DNA from: Felis catus
Lineage: Eukaryota
NCBI RefSeq assembly: GCF_018350175.1
Contig: NC_058383.1
Span: 14,634,001 to 14,698,000 of the forward strand
Direction of reading: 5' to 3'
Length of the DNA: 64,000 bases
Part shown: positions 49,072 through 62,688 of the stretch, in pieces
Position numbering within the stretch: the first letter of the stretch is position 1
Layout of the letters: each line of letters begins with the position of its first letter
Position numbers and translations under genes: made by a program
The notes under the pieces: generated by a model
What the model was told of the DNA's origin: nothing
Seen by the model: only the letters and a program-made list of their open reading frames with translations
Database searches by the model: none

Positions 49072-49273
49072 AAAAAATTTTTAAATGTTTTATTTATTTT
49101 TGAGAGAGACAGAGTGTGAGTGGCGGAGGGGCAGAGAGCGAGGGAGACACAGCATCTGAAGCAGGCGCCAAGCTGTCGGCACAGAGCCCGTCGCAGGGCT
49201 CGAACTCGTGAACTGCAAGATCATGCCGTGAGACAAAGTCAGACGCTTAACCAACTGAGCCGCCCAGGCGCTC
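49072..49273 (-). mobile_element. CanSINE
   Basis: TSD ttgttcttcttattt on both flanks. Confidence 0.92.
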
Positions 49274-49524
49274 CGTTGTTCTTCTTATTTTAAAAAATTT
49301 TCAGAATTCAAAAAAGTACAGAATAGTATAGCAATAAAAAACTTACTTTAACAATGAGGACTGGAAGTTTCATGCTAGACAATACAATTAAGTGTTGTAA
49401 ACAGGGCCAAGTCACTCTCAAAAGATCGCAAATTTGCAAACATAGAGATGCAATGCGCCAATTCATTTGTTGTCAATATCTATCAGTCAGCAAGTGACAC
49501 CCGTCAAGATATCAGAAGAAACTA

Positions 49525-49717
49525 GGGGTGCCTGGGTGGCTCAGTTGGTTGAGCATCCGACTCTGGAGTCTTGATCGCAGCTCAGGTCATGGTCCCAGGG
49601 TCATGGGATCGAGCCCCGCGTTGGGCTTCACACTGAGTGTGGCACCTGCTTAGGATTATTTCTCTCTCTCTCTTCCTCCCCCCACTTGCACACTCTCTCT
49701 CAAACAAACAAAAAAAA
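49525..49717 (+). mobile_element. CanSINE
   Basis: TSD aagatatca on both flanks. Confidence 0.9.
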
Positions 49718-49780
49718 GATATCAAGACAATCTATTTAATGTGAAACTAAACATAATTAAAAAAAAGAAACGATCGGGGC

Positions 49781-50000
49781 GGGGCGCCTGGGTGGTTCAG
49801 TCGGTTAAGCGTCCGACTTCGGCTCAGGTCACGATCTCACGGTCCGTGAGTTCGAGCCCCGCATCGGGCTCTGGGCTGATGGCTCAGAGCCTGGAGCCTG
49901 CTTCCGATTCTGTGTCTCCCTCTCTCTCTGCCCCTCCCCCGTTCATGCTCTGTCTTTCTCTTTCTCAAAAACAAATAAACGTTAGAAAAAAAAAAAAAAG
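49781..50000 (+). mobile_element. Young-type felid CanSINE
   Basis: ctctgggctgatggctc variant; TSD aaaaaagaaacgat at 49761-49774 and 49994-50007. Confidence 0.95.
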
Positions 50001-50309
50001 AAACGATGGCTTCATTAAATACGAACAGCACAAAATCTCAGCATTCTTTGATACATCTCAACCTTATACTGTAATTTAAAACAATGCTACAGCTGTCATG
50101 ACAAGGGGTATCTATTGTAAAAAGCTGTGTGTTGTTCTGAGATTCTGTACAAAGAGCAGCCAATGGTGGAAACTGATTTAGAACATTCTTCACACCAAAT
50201 GTGAATATAGCTTAAACTCAAGCTTTGTGCTAATAAAGAAGAAAGTGATAGATAATTACATGCATCGGTGCCACAGTCGGTGAAAAAGAAATACGCGCTT
50301 TAATGTAAG

Positions 50310-50475
50310 TGCTGAAAGTACAGTCTGGGGAACAGCAATATCGGTGTCACCTGAGCCCTTACTACAAATGCAGGTTTGCAGGTCTCACACCAGACCCACG
50401 CAGCTTTAAGAAGAATCCACGCTTTCTGAAGCTCTTCAGGGGATTCCTTTGCTAAAGCTGGAGAATTACTGCTCC
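50310..50475. mobile_element. MER5-like DNA transposon remnant
   Basis: cagcaatatcggtgtcacctgagcccttactacaaatgcaggttt...cacaccagacc...gagaattactgc. Confidence 0.7.
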
Positions 50476-50515
50476 TAGTAGGAACCTGATGATTTCTTTT
50501 AAGATGCATGGTAGC

Positions 50516-51150
50516 TGGGATGATGAACTTTATGTGTCAACTTGCTTCGACTAACGGATACCCAGATAGCTGATCCAATCTTATTTCTGGGTTTGTCTGT
50601 AGGGGGGCTTCTGGGAGACATTAGCGTTTCAACTGGTAGACTGAGTAAAGAAAGTCGCCCTCACTGTTGTGGCTTGGTATCATCCAGGCTGCTGAGTGGC
50701 AGAATAGAACAAAAAGGTGGATAAAGAGCCAACTGCTCTATGCTTGAGCTGGGACATCCATCTTCTGTCCTCAGACATCAGCGTTCTTGGTTCTTGCCCC
50801 TTTGGACTCAGGCCGAATTACATCTGTGGCTTTTCTGGGTCTCCAGTTTGCAGATGAAAGATTGTAGGACTTCTTAGCGTCCATAATTGTATGAGCCCAT
50901 TCCCATAATAAATCCCCTTTTCTGTGTGTGTGTATGTGTGTGTGTACACATGTCCTGGAGATTTATTATATTATTATAATGAATAATCATTATAATTATT
51001 ATGTTTATTAATAGTATGTACATGTCACATGCATTATAGGAGTGTTTATACATATTCCCTATATAAAAATGTATGTATGTATATATGTATGTGTGTGTGT
51101 ACATGTATATGTCTCTTACTGGTTTTGTTTTTCTGGAGAACCCTAATACA
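50516..51150 (+). mobile_element. MLT2 (ERVL) solo LTR with AT/TG-rich expansion
   Basis: actttatgtgtcaacttg...gagctgggacatccatcttctg...tttctggagaaccctaataca. Confidence 0.9.
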
Positions 51151-51229
51151 ACACCTAAAGTTCCTTCCTGTGTTTGGAGAATCCTCTATCTTATGATTAA
51201 GATGGAGAGTCCTCTATCTTGGGACATAA

Positions 51230-51730
51230 CATCCACCTTACCTGAAAAGCCAAGGTCACCAACCTCCCATGCAGCTGGGATTTGGGCAAGTGACCCAGGC
51301 TTGGCACATCAGACAGACCAGCCCAGGCTTTTGATCTGGAGCCAAGGCTGCAAAGAAGCCACTATGGAGGGTTCCATGTGACTTGAGGCATGGCCCTTAG
51401 TGGCACGCCGAATCCAGGAGTGCCAGTAGAGGTCTCCCTGGAAGAGTTCTGTCCTGAAGTTTGCACTCTGGACAAACTTCCTGTTTCCTTGCCTCACCTA
51501 TTTCCTATAACTTCCCCAAGCCTGGCTCACCAGCCCTCCTATCAATTCAGTGAGCTACCCACGTCTTAAAATCAATTTCTTTTATTTATATTAGCTTAAG
51601 CTATTATTTATATTATTATACATATTTATGATTCTATATTATGTGTATTATTTATATTATTATATATATTTATTATTTATATTAGCCAGAGTTGAGTTCT
51701 GGGGCTGACATCAAACATTCTGACTACATA
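51230..51730 (+). mobile_element. ERVL-type (LTR16/LTR33-like) LTR remnant
   Basis: tgcagctgggatttgggcaagtgacccaggct; cagtgagctaccc; ttagccagagttgagttctg. Confidence 0.55.
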
Positions 51731-51869
51731 TGCATTTAATACAGTGCTTATTGATTTTATTTTTTCCTCCCAAAGGCTCTTTTCACACGGGTGGTATATT
51801 TTGGAGTTGAAGGCATTTTAGAATAAAAAATAGTTACATACATGAACATCCATCCATCTGTATGTGGAG

Positions 51870-52110
51870 GGAAAAAAAATCTAAAAACTTAAATACAGAG
51901 AACAAACTAAGGGTTGATAGAGGGGAGGTGGGTGGGGGGATGGGCTAAATCAGTGATGGGCCTTAAAGAGGACACTTGTGGGTGAACTCTGGGTGTTATA
52001 TGTAAGTGACGAATCCCTGGGCTCTACTCCTAAAACCAATACTACACTCTGTGTTCACTAACTTGAATTTCAATGAATAAATTAAAAAAGAACCTAAAAC
52101 AAAAAAATAG
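51870..52110 (+). mobile_element. Carnivore L1 3'UTR fragment
   Basis: cttaaatacagagaacaaactaagggttg...tatatgtaagtgacgaatccctgggctctactcc. Confidence 0.9.
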
Positions 52111-52226
52111 ACCATTTAATGTTTTATTTTCCACTTTTCTGTATTTTTATACCTGTTTTCCCACGAACAGACATTAATGTTCAAATAAAAAAATTATTAA
52201 CATGTTCTAGCTTTTGGACAGGATCA

Positions 52227-52230
<4 letters not shown>

Positions 52231-52275
<45 letters not shown>
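52231..52275. repeat. (GT)n microsatellite
   Basis: Directly visible. Confidence 0.95.
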
Positions 52276-52277
<2 letters not shown>

Positions 52278-54206
52278 CTCTAAATTTCTTAAGCCTTAAG
52301 TGTAGAAATCCTGTTATTCAAATGGACCAGTCTTCTTTAAAAAAAACATCAGAAGTTCAAACAAAGATTGATGTCAAAGGTAGCCATTACAGTTATTTGT
52401 AATTAGCACAAAGGAAATGAGTTAAATAGGCTCACAAATGGGCAGCTGCTAAATAAATTTTGGTGCATCCATACTCTGTAATCTTAGATGACCATGAAAT
52501 ATTCAAGTTTCCAAGATGTGTTCAATTATGTGTCTTCATGCCCCCGGCACCATCAAAGCAAATGTCAACATTGCTCTGAGTTAAGAATTCAATAGAAAGG
52601 AGCCGTAAGACATTTGTGAAATGGGAATTTGGTCTGTGAATCAAAGGAAGTTCGACAGAGGGGCTGGAAGTTCTACCTGGGACAGCCGCTCCAGACTGGC
52701 TGAGAGCTGCTGTCTGGGGCATCTCAAGGGATTGACCCCTGAAAACCATCAGGGGAGGTTTGCACCCATCCACTCCTTCATTCTCATCTCCAATCAACTG
52801 GCTGCCTTCCCAACTCCTTTTCCCTTGTCTTGTCCTGCTCTCTCGGCTGACAGAGTTGCCCACACTCACTTAATCAGGGCAGACGCTGAGGCTGGGCTCT
52901 GGGCTTTCACTAATTCTAATGTAAATTGCTTAATTACTCCTCCCATTGGAGAAGGGCCAAGGACCCTATCTTTTTAACCAAGATGTTTGATGAAAATATA
53001 AAACAATAATTAGAAAAGGAAATAATAAGTACTAAGTAATAGCTGAGTTCCTCACGGGTCAGAGGCTCCAAAGAGCACCCCGTGTTCATGGGAACATTGC
53101 TCATTCTGGATTTCTGTTATTGAGAAGGCAGGCCAGAGAGCTGCAGGATCCTGGTGCATAAGACCTAAGGCAGTGATGAAAACGTTACAGAATATTTAAA
53201 CTGAACAAGGCTCCCTGAGCTCAGAGTGGCGGGGCTCCCCTCCTTGGGAACTGTTTTTCCTTTGCCTGTTTCCTGAAGGACACTCCATCAACCCTATCAC
53301 TCAGGGCTGTCTTTGAAAGGAAGGTCGTGGGTTGTTCCAGAGGCTCCTGGGAACTTCGATTTCTGCTTCAACCTCTCACTCCCAATTTACATCACGGCCC
53401 TTGCCTATCGGCATTGAAGACTAAGAGTTGACCCTCATATCCAGGTGTGCCCTGTATTCATCGGATCTGGTGCCTCCTCCCATTTGAAACTTGAAAGTCT
53501 CTGCACCAGTGACGGATGTCAAACCAGGACCAAATCCAACATCGCCCTTCCTGGCCACCTGGCACTGATCCATCGGTGCATTTGGATGAGTGTAGGATGC
53601 AACAGCCATTTGCTGGTAGTTCACCCTAATGGAGCCCCAAGTGACCCAGACCCATGGTTATGACTTAAGCCATAAAGAATGGCATGGCATTGATTGCCAG
53701 GTCAACATTATGCCGCAAGCTTTTACAACCACCTACCACTGCCAAGAAAGCCAAAAGTGAAAGAGAAAATAGGCGGTGAGGAAGTCTTTAGAGCAATGGG
53801 TGCACATAAAAGGACACTTCCAGGGAGCCCTCCATCTAGGCTGCTTAGTGCCTGAGCTGTCTGCAGTGCTCCCCTCACGGAAGCCACAGGGAGCATTTGC
53901 TGAGGAGACATTTACAGCAGAGGGAGACTCCACAGAGAACTCCAAGGGATTGGTAAACCAACAGGGATAAAGGAAAACATCTCATTCAAGGCAGCCTAGA
54001 TTATCAGATTATCACCTGGTCCCATGTGGATCTTCAAAGAGGACCATTGGGTCAGATACACAGAGACAGAACAAGGAAAGAACCGCCCAGACAGACGGAA
54101 CAGCCACTCCCTACCCGTATCTCCAAAAGGGTTTTTCTAATTCCTAATGCATGGAGGTGTGTGGTTAACCCTGCCCCGCGGAATGTATGAAGAATGAAGC
54201 AAATTG

Positions 54207-54208
<2 letters not shown>

Positions 54209-54253
<45 letters not shown>
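54209..54253. repeat. (GT)n microsatellite
   Basis: Directly visible. Confidence 0.95.
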
Positions 54254-54254
<1 letters not shown>

Positions 54255-55153
54255 TGCATTTGCAAGAGTGAGTCAGTCACTCCATAAACATCTCTTGGGT
54301 TTCTACTGGCGGTAGGCGCCGAACCCTCCCTGACTTCAGGGTGCCCATAAACGCTCTGTCCATGATTTGGAATCACCTCTGTTCACTTAGGTCTCTTGTC
54401 CTTATAACATCTCCTTTTGAATTTCTTCAGCTATTCTTTAACAGTGTCAGGTGTAAGTCGGATTTGGTCTGTGTCACCCTGGGCTCCAGATTTCAGAAGG
54501 ATTCTGTAGACTATCAAATCTATGTTCAAGAGTAACGTCCAAAAAATGTGGATTGGGTTTCCTGCCTCAGGGATTTCACTTTAACCTGAAATGGGCCTTG
54601 TCAGGTCCCTAATGGCACCGAAGGCAGTTTCCTTAGAGGCTTCCAGGGTTGTTGGTCTACAAGGTGCAAATCCTTGGCCATCCAAGAGATCCGAATAGAC
54701 AGAAGCAGGAAATGGAGGGGTTTCACGGGTTAGCTCCTGGTGTGTGAGATGTGCCTGGTTTCTCAAAGGGTAGCAGTAATTCTGTCTAAGATGTGGTCAA
54801 CTGATCTTTCCTTGACCTTTTTGGGCTGGACAGAGATCCGGCACATAACTCTGAGGAGCAACCAGCCTCTCGTAATCAGCAAAGGTAGCTGCTAGGAGGA
54901 GTTCTGGATGCCAACTTATTCTCCCTCAAACAATCGAGGGTAGGGCTGAGTTAAGATTAGCTCATGCTGGAGACTTTAAGTTACGCTGCTAGGCCCAAGC
55001 ACCTTGAGCTAGAATAGACAGACAAATCTATTCCAGATTCCAGATCTGGAATTTCCAGAAAGATTCAAGTGATGTTGACAAGGTCACATCTTTTTATACA
55101 CCATCTTGACCCATATCCAAATTCCAAATTTTGCTCAGTGTTTGATTACTTCT

Positions 55154-55380
55154 TTTTAAAAAAAATATTTAATGTTTATGTATCTTTGAGAGACAGAGAG
55201 GGACAGAGCACGAGCAGGGGAGGGGCAGAGAGAGCGAGAGGGAGACACAGAATCTGAAGCAGGCTCTAGGCTCTGAGCTGTCAGCACAGAGCCCGATGCG
55301 GGGGCCCGAACTCACCAACCGTGAAATCATGACCTGAGCCGAGGCCGGACACTTAACCGACTGAGCCACCCAGGCGCCCC
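55154..55380 (-). mobile_element. CanSINE
   Basis: TSD cagtg(t/c)ttgatt(a/g)cttct. Confidence 0.95.
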
Positions 55381-55739
55381 AGTGCTTGATTGCTTCTAAT
55401 TTCCCTGGGTCGGCCTATCAAAAACCTGGCCATGGCAAGCACATCAGACCTGCCCAAGAGGAGAAACTATTAGAAACTAGAAATTTAGGCGGGAGGTTTG
55501 ATTAAATGGGCAGAGAGGAACAAGCCCCATCCAATGGTAAGAACTTGCCTCAACAGAGGACCTATAAAGACAAAGAAAAACCTGACAAGTTGACGGCATA
55601 GGAAATATAATGCAAAACCACGGGGCCACTCCAGGCAGGAGTCTGTCGATGTGCCCGATGGTAAGACCAGGAAATATAATTTAAGAAATCGTGGCATCTG
55701 CACTGGTCTGCTGGTCTCTCTAGCTCTTGTCTCCTAGTC

Positions 55740-55955
55740 TCTCCTCAAGTCTCTGGAGCTGACATTCTACTCCAGCTGATGATTCCTCAATCCCATTACC
55801 AGCTCTGATCTCTGCCTTGAGCTCCACGTATATACATCTGACTGTGAACTCTCTGCTGGGTGCCTAACTAGAGCAGGAATCTGGAATGGAGGCTGCTCTA
55901 ACTTAAGCTCTACATTTTCACCTCCCTGTTCTTCGAAGTTTATTTATTTATTTCC

Positions 55956-55991
<36 letters not shown>

Positions 55992-56335
55992 CACATGAGC
56001 AGGGGAAAGGCAGAGAGGAAGAGAGAGAGAATCCCACGTAGGCTCTGCACCATCAGCACAGAGACTGATGTGGGGCTCAAACCCACAAACTGTGAGATCA
56101 TGACCTGAGCCCAAACCAAGAGTCAGATGCCACCCAGGTGCCCCTCTTCCTTGTTCTTCCTGATCTCAGAAAATGGTACTGTTTTCTTCCTGATTATTGA
56201 AACCTAACTCCTACTACACCTCCACATAGCACCCAGTTGGCTTTGTTCTTTATGGATCTTCCATTGGTATTAGTTTTCTTTAATGTTGAAATCGGATCGC
56301 CTATCCCATGATCGGGATCCTTCAGATAGCCTCTC
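55740..56335 (+). mobile_element. L2 remnant, interrupted by a SINE
   Basis: gctgatgattcctcaatcccattaccagctctgatctctgccttgagctccac; cttcctgatctcagaaaatggtac. Confidence 0.6.
55938..56144 (-). mobile_element. CanSINE
   Basis: (GA)n, cacccaggtgcccc head; TSD cc(c/t)tgttcttc. Confidence 0.9.
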
Positions 56336-56337
56336 AG

Positions 56338-56543
56338 GGTGCTGGTGTGGCTCGACCATTAAGCGACTGACTATCGATTTCGGCTCAGGTCATGATCTCA
56401 TGGTTTTGTGAGTTTGAGGAGCCCCACATTGGGCACAGCATTGATGGGGCAGGGCCTGCTTGGGATTTTCTCCCTCGGTCCCTCTTCCCCTTATGGGTAC
56501 TCTCTCTCTCTCTCAAAATAAATAAATAAACTTTAAAACAAAA
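56338..56543 (+). mobile_element. CanSINE (diverged)
   Basis: TSD ca(g/a)atagcctct. Confidence 0.88.
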
Positions 56544-56593
56544 TTCCAAATAGCCTCTGCTGGCAAACAGAAACAATGAAATATTTCTCTTTT

Positions 56594-57154
56594 TGTAGCG
56601 ATCAGTAGAATTCTGAGATTACCCGCAGTGACCCACCAATCTTCTATGATTCCCTTCCCTTTGGTGTGGGACGTCACCGTCATGCTTAGGTTACTAATCA
56701 GATGACTTTGAGTTCGTCAAAATGGAAATCACACTGGGAGAGCCTGACCGAATCAGAGGAACCTTTCAAAGAAGGTGAAACCGGTGAGATACACTCTTGG
56801 TGGCCTGGGAAAAGCACACTGCGACATGACTATGTGGTCCGCATGACCAGGAACCGTGGGCAGCCTCGAGGAGCTGGGAGGGACCCCCGGCCCACAGCTA
56901 GTAACTAAACAGGGATTCAGTCCTGTAGCCAAAAGGAACTACATTTAGACAACAAGGTGGGATGAGCCCGGACAAGCCTGAACTCCACATGAGCACCACA
57001 GTGCTGTGAAGACGGTGCAAAGCCTTGAGCAGATCATCCAGCTGAGCCATGCCCGGACTCCCAACCAACAGGGAAGGGGGAGAGAACGAGTTTGCATTAT
57101 TTTCAACCATCCAGTTTGTGGCCATCTGTCATGCGGCAATAGAAAACTCATCCA
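56594..57154 (+). mobile_element. MLT1E-like MaLR solo LTR
   Basis: tcccttccctttggtgtggg; actaatcagatgactttgagtt; tcagtcctgtagccaaaagga; gtttgtggccatctgtcatgcggcaatagaaaactcatcca. Confidence 0.8.
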
Positions 57155-57289
57155 TGGTGGCTCTCAGAGCCCTACCTTATCTGACTCTCCCCTGCCTCAC
57201 TGGCTTTATCTGCTATTACTTATTTCCCTCCCTCACGACGCAGCCATTAAAACATGGTTGGTCACATGGTTAACCTTGGAGTTGAGTGA

Positions 57290-57460
57290 GTAGGAGGGGC
57301 GTTCGAGGGCTTCTAGAGTGCTGGTAATATTTCATTCCTAGATCTGGGTGCTATTCGGTCAGGTATGCTAAGCTTATGAAAATTCATTGAGCTGTACCTT
57401 AGGATTTTGTGCACCTTTATTTTTTGCAGGTTAGATTCAATACAAAATTTACTTAAAATT
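57290..57460 (+). mobile_element. L1ME-like 3' end
   Basis: gagggcttctagagtgctggtaatatttcattcctagatctgggtg...aaaattcattgagctgtac. Confidence 0.75.
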
Positions 57461-57634
57461 ACCTTTGTAGGAGAATACGTACTGACATGACAAAATGCTC
57501 ATTTTATTTAAGTGAAAAAAGTCCAAGTAAAAATTACCAATTTTGGAAAGAATAGCAAATAAAACTTAAAAGCATATTAATAGAAGTTTTCTCAAGAATG
57601 CAAACCCTTTTTAATATTGGGCAAATTTTAACGT

Positions 57635-57750
57635 TTAAAAAATGTTTACTTCTTTATTTTGAGAGAGAGAAAGAGAGCAAGGAGGGGAGGGGCATAGAGA
57701 GAGGGAGAGAGGGAATCCCAAGCAGGCTCCACACTGTCAGTGCAGAGCTC
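57635..57750 (-). mobile_element. CanSINE 3' half abutting L1
   Basis: T-rich tail, (GA)n, gaatcccaagcaggctccacactgtcagtgcagagc; head absent. Confidence 0.85.
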
Positions 57751-60700
57751 TAATAGTATCAGACAAAATAGACTTTGCTGTAATAGCTCTACAAGACTTT
57801 ACGTGAAATAGGTCTACAATAATAGTTAAAGATTTCAATACCCTACTTATAATAACGGATGGAACAACCAAACAGAAATAAGTAAGGAAATAGAAGACTT
57901 AACACAACAGATCAAGTAAATCCAACAGATTTACATAGAACGTTCTACCCAACAAGAGCATATACAATTTTCTCAAGTGCACATGAGACATTTTCCAGGA
58001 TACGCAGTAAGTTAAGACACAAGTGTCAATAGGTTTGAAAAGCTATATACCATACAAAGTATCTTTTTAACCACAACACGATGAAGTCAGAAATGGATAA
58101 CAAAAGGAACACTGGAAAATTTTTTAAAATGTGAAAGACAACACACTTCTTTTTTTAATGTTTATTTATTTTTGAGAGAGAGAGAGAGACAGATCCTGAG
58201 TGGGGAGGGGCAGAGAGAGAGGGAGACACAGAATCCGAAGCAGGCTCCAGGCTCTGAGTTGTCAGCACAGAGTCTGACGTGGGGCTCGAGCTCACAAACT
58301 GTGAGATCATGACCTTAGCTGAAGTCGGACGCTTAACTGACAGAGCCATCCAGGCGCCCCAAGACAACACACTTTTAAACTACCAATGGATAAAATAAGA
58401 AATCACAGAAAATGTGGAAAAAGAAATTTAGAGGTGAGTGAAAACAAAAACACAGCATACCAAAACTTATGGGACTTCGCAAAAGTGGTGTTAAGCAGGT
58501 GTTCATAGCTACAAACACTCAATTGAAGAATAGGAAAGATTTCAAACCTACAACTTAATCTTATGACTTAAGGAATTTAAAAAGGACAAGCTAAACCCAA
58601 AGCTAGCAGAAAGAAGGAAATAATATAGTTTAAAGCAGAGGTAAGGGAAATAGAGAACAGAAAAACAATGGGGAAAATTACCGAAGCCAAAGGTTAGTTC
58701 TGTGAACAGATCAGCAATATCACCCAACCTTTAGCTAGATAAATTAAGAAAAGAAAGAAGACCTGAATTACTAAAATCAGAATGAAAGCAAGGATATTAC
58801 TAACAATTCTATAAAATAAAAAGGTTTATAAGAGAGTACAAGGAACAACGGTATGCCAATAGATTGGACAACCTAGAAGAAGTGGACAAACTCCTAGAAA
58901 CACGAAACCTACCAAGACTAAATCAGGAAGAAATAGAAAATCTGAACAGGTCTATAATTAGAAAGAAGACGAATCACTAATCAAAAATCTGACAGATAAA
59001 AGACCTTAACTTGATGGCTTCATTGAAGAATTCTACCAAACTTAAAGAAGAACATATATACCAATTCTTTTCACACTTTTCAAAAAAATGGGAGAGGGGA
59101 ACACTTCCTAACTCATTCTTTGGGTCTGGCCTTATCCTGGTATCAAACCAGGCAAAGATAACACAAGAAAACTACAGACCAATATCCCTTAGGAACATTG
59201 ACGCAAAAATCCTCAAGAAAATACTAGCAAACTGAATTCAGCAGCATATTTAAAAGACTATACAGCATGGTCAAGTGGGATTTATTCTTGGAATGCAAGA
59301 ATAGTTCAACACAGGGAAATGGATCAATGTAATGTATCAGTTAACATCAGTTAGCAGAATGAAGGAAAAAAACCACACGATCATCTCAGTTGATGCAGAA
59401 AAAATCATTTGACGACATTCAAAACATGTTCAAGAAATAAACACCATAACTGGGAGTTCTAGCCAGAGCAATTAGGCAAGAAAAAGAAATAAAAGGCATC
59501 CAAAGTGGAAAGGAATAAATAAAAATCTTGATTTGCAGATGATACGATCTTATGCATAGAAAACCCTAAAGACTCCACACACACAAAAATGTCTAGAATA
59601 GATGAATGTGGCAATGTAGCAGGACGCAAAGTTAACACGCAAAAATCAGTTGCATTTCTATACACAAGTAATAAGTAATCTTGGAAGGAAATTATAAAAA
59701 CAAGTCTATTTATAAGAGAACATCAAAAAGAACAAAATATTTAGAAAGTAAGTTAACCGAGGAGGTAAAAGATCTGTAGAATAAAAAGTATAAAGCATTG
59801 CTTAAATAAAGAAGACATGGATAATTGTAAATGTATCCCATATTCATGGATTAGAAGGCTTAATATTGTTAAAATGTCAATATTACCCAAAGTGATATAC
59901 AGATTCAATGCTGCCCCTATCAAATTCCCAATAGCATTTTTTTTCCAGAAAGAAAACCGCCTTATAAAATTCATATGGAATCTCAAGAGACCCAGAATAT
60001 CCAGAAAGAACTTGAAAATGAATACAACTGGAGGATTCACACTTCTCGATGTCAAAACTTACTACAAAGCTATAGTAATGAGAACAGTGTGGTACTAATG
60101 TAAGACAGACATATAAACCAACACAATAGAATACAGAGTCTGGAAATAAACCCTACCATATATGGTCAAATGATCTTTGACAAGGGTGTCATGATTATTC
60201 AATGGAAAAAGGATAGTCTTTTCAATACATGGTGTTGGGAATACTGGATATCCACATGCAAAAAAAGTAAAGTTGGAAATGTTCCTAATACAGCTACAAA
60301 AATTAACCCCAAATGGATCAAATAGTTAGCTGTAAGTAAAACAATACAGTTCCTAGAAGAAAACAAGACAAAATTTTCATAATTTTGGAGTTGGCAATGC
60401 TTTCTTGAATATGACACCAAAGACCCAGACAACAAAAGGAAAAACGTACAAATTAGGTTTCATAAAAATGTTAAAATGCTGTGCATCAAAAGGCACCATC
60501 AACAGAGGAAAACTACAACCCCAGAAGGGGCAAAAAAAAAGTTTGCAACTTATATTTCTGATAAGGGATTAATATCTAGAATGTAAAAAGAACTACTAAC
60601 ACTCAGAACGAAACAAAACAAAACAAAACAAAAAACAAGCAACCTGATTCAAAAATGGGAAGAGGACTTGAATGGACATTTCTCCTAAGAAGATATACAA

Positions 60701-61517
60701 ATGGCCAAGAAGTACCTGGAAATGTGCTTAACATCACTAATCATTAAGTAAATGCAAATCAAAACTACAATGAGATTAACACATCACACCTGATAAGATG
60801 GCTGTTATCAAAAAAAAAAAAAAACAGAAAACAACAAGTACTGACAACGATATGAAGATGTTGAAACCCTTGGGCACTGGTGGTGAGAATGTAAGGGGGT
60901 ACATACAGCTGCTGTGAAAACCGGTATGGCGGCTCCTCAAAGAATTTAAAAACTTAATTACCGTATGGTCCAGCAATTCCACTTCTGAGCACACGTATCC
61001 AAAAGAACGGAAAACAGATGCCTGAAGAGGTATTTGTCTACCCAGATTCACAGCAGCATTGTTCACAAGAGCCCCCAAACTGGAAGCTGCCCAAGTGTCC
61101 GCCGAAAGATGACTGGATAAGCCAAACAGACAGTGGAATATTAGTCAGGCTTAACAAGGAAGGAAATCCTGACACCTGCCGCAACGAGGATGATCCTGGA
61201 GAAAAAGGCAAACGTGGTATGATTTCACTTCGCGAGGTGCTTAGTGTAGTCAAAATCATAGCCACAGAAAGTAGAACGTTGGGTGCCAGGGGCTGGGACG
61301 TGGGGAGAACGGGGAGTTACAGGGTTTCAGTTTTACAGGATGGAAAGGGTTCTGGAGGTAGACGATGGTCAATGGCTGCAACACAGGATGCATACATTTA
61401 ATGGCACTTAAATTGGTGAAGTGTGCATTTAAAAATGGTACACTTAAAAATGGCGAAGAGGGTAGGTTTTCTGTTGAGTGAATTTTACCACAATGGAACT
61501 ATTGTAAAAAAAAAAAA
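57751..61517 (+). mobile_element. Large decayed L1 (L1MB-like): ORF2 endonuclease to RT to C-terminus plus 3'UTR
   Basis: atcagacaaaatagacttt (SDKIDF); ENYRPISLRNIDAKILKKILAN; tttgcagatgatacg (FADD); SWIRRLNIVKMSILPKVIYRFNAAPIK; many stops and frameshifts; A tail at ~61505. Confidence 0.95.
58150..58360 (-). mobile_element. CanSINE nested in L1
   Basis: TSD aagacaacacactt on both flanks. Confidence 0.95.
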
Positions 61518-62519
61518 TTTTTTTTAATTATGTTTACCAAGTCTATCCTCATCCTAGAATCAAAATAATTGGGGGGGGGGAGGGAAAAAGCATGATTTGC
61601 TGTGTTGATATCAAAAGAAGATGGAAAGTGACAAATTCCAATCAGTGTGTTTATTGGCCCAAGAATAAATGTAACCATTGGAATGTGAACTGACTCCAGA
61701 AAATAAACGGCCAAAAAATACAAACAGAAAACTAATAAAAGAAGCTGTGCCCATAGCTTTTAAGCAGTAGGAAAAAAACACCCAAACTAATAATGAAATA
61801 ATAGAAATAATGAGACACTTTTAAAAACACCTAGCAACTAGAATCAGCAGTTCCTTTGTCTTAATTTGAAAGCACCTAAGGAACATATACTTAAAGGCAC
61901 GGAAATGAATCTTTAGATTGGCTAAATAAAACTGAATTTGTTTTTCCTGGAGATTCATCACTAATTGTACGCCTTCTTCACTGAGCCTGCTTCCTCCTGC
62001 TCTGCCAGTGGGGAGAGGGCGGTGGTACACTTTCTTTTCTTTTGGAGGGATTGCGGCCCCACCCATAGAGCCAGCTAGGGCTTAACTGGGATCAGGAGAA
62101 AGCCTTGACCGTGCCAGACTTGCGGTTTGGTCAGGAAGAGGTGTGGTTTTCAGAACTCAGTCCTCAGAGGCTCCCATTTTGGGGAGCGAACCCCAGTTCT
62201 GCCATTATCCTGCCCCTTTTGGCTTCGGTCACGGGGTCACACACAAGACTGGTAACAGTGACAGTTTCTGAGGCCACCCTGAACTTCTCTCGCCCTTTCA
62301 TCAAGTCCCATAGAGGCTTTGTCTTAAAAGTTCAACATTTTTCTTTTGTTCTCCCATACCTAGGTCCCCCAAATCCCTCTACCAGCTCTGCACGGCCGTC
62401 TTGTGCATCCAGACAATTGTGTGTTTATTCAATCATTTCTTTAGCGTGTTTTTATCTAAAAGTGTCCCTCTGTGCTATTTTGCCAGGTTGCCAATAGCAG
62501 CCATGACCCCAATCCAGTT

Positions 62520-62645
62520 GGCCTTCCTTCCTTCCGTTCCTTCCTTCCTTCCTTCTCTCCTGTCTTCCTTTGCTCCTTCCTTCCTCTGTCTTCCCATCCT
62601 CCTTCCGTCCATCCCTCCTTTTCCTTTTCCACGTTCTCTCTTTTT
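62520..62645. repeat. Degenerate (CTTC)n pyrimidine tract
   Basis: Directly visible. Confidence 0.85.
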
Positions 62646-62688
62646 TATTTGTATTTGAGTCCACCTTTTCAAAAAAACAGCTTTACTG

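Noticed and set aside
53400..53980. Repeat-free stretch considered as a possible processed pseudogene
   Set aside because: No recognisable protein in any frame, and no poly(A) tail or TSD seen.
57751..61517. Functional reverse transcriptase gene
   Set aside because: L1 ORF2 is broken by many stops, frameshifts and a SINE insertion.
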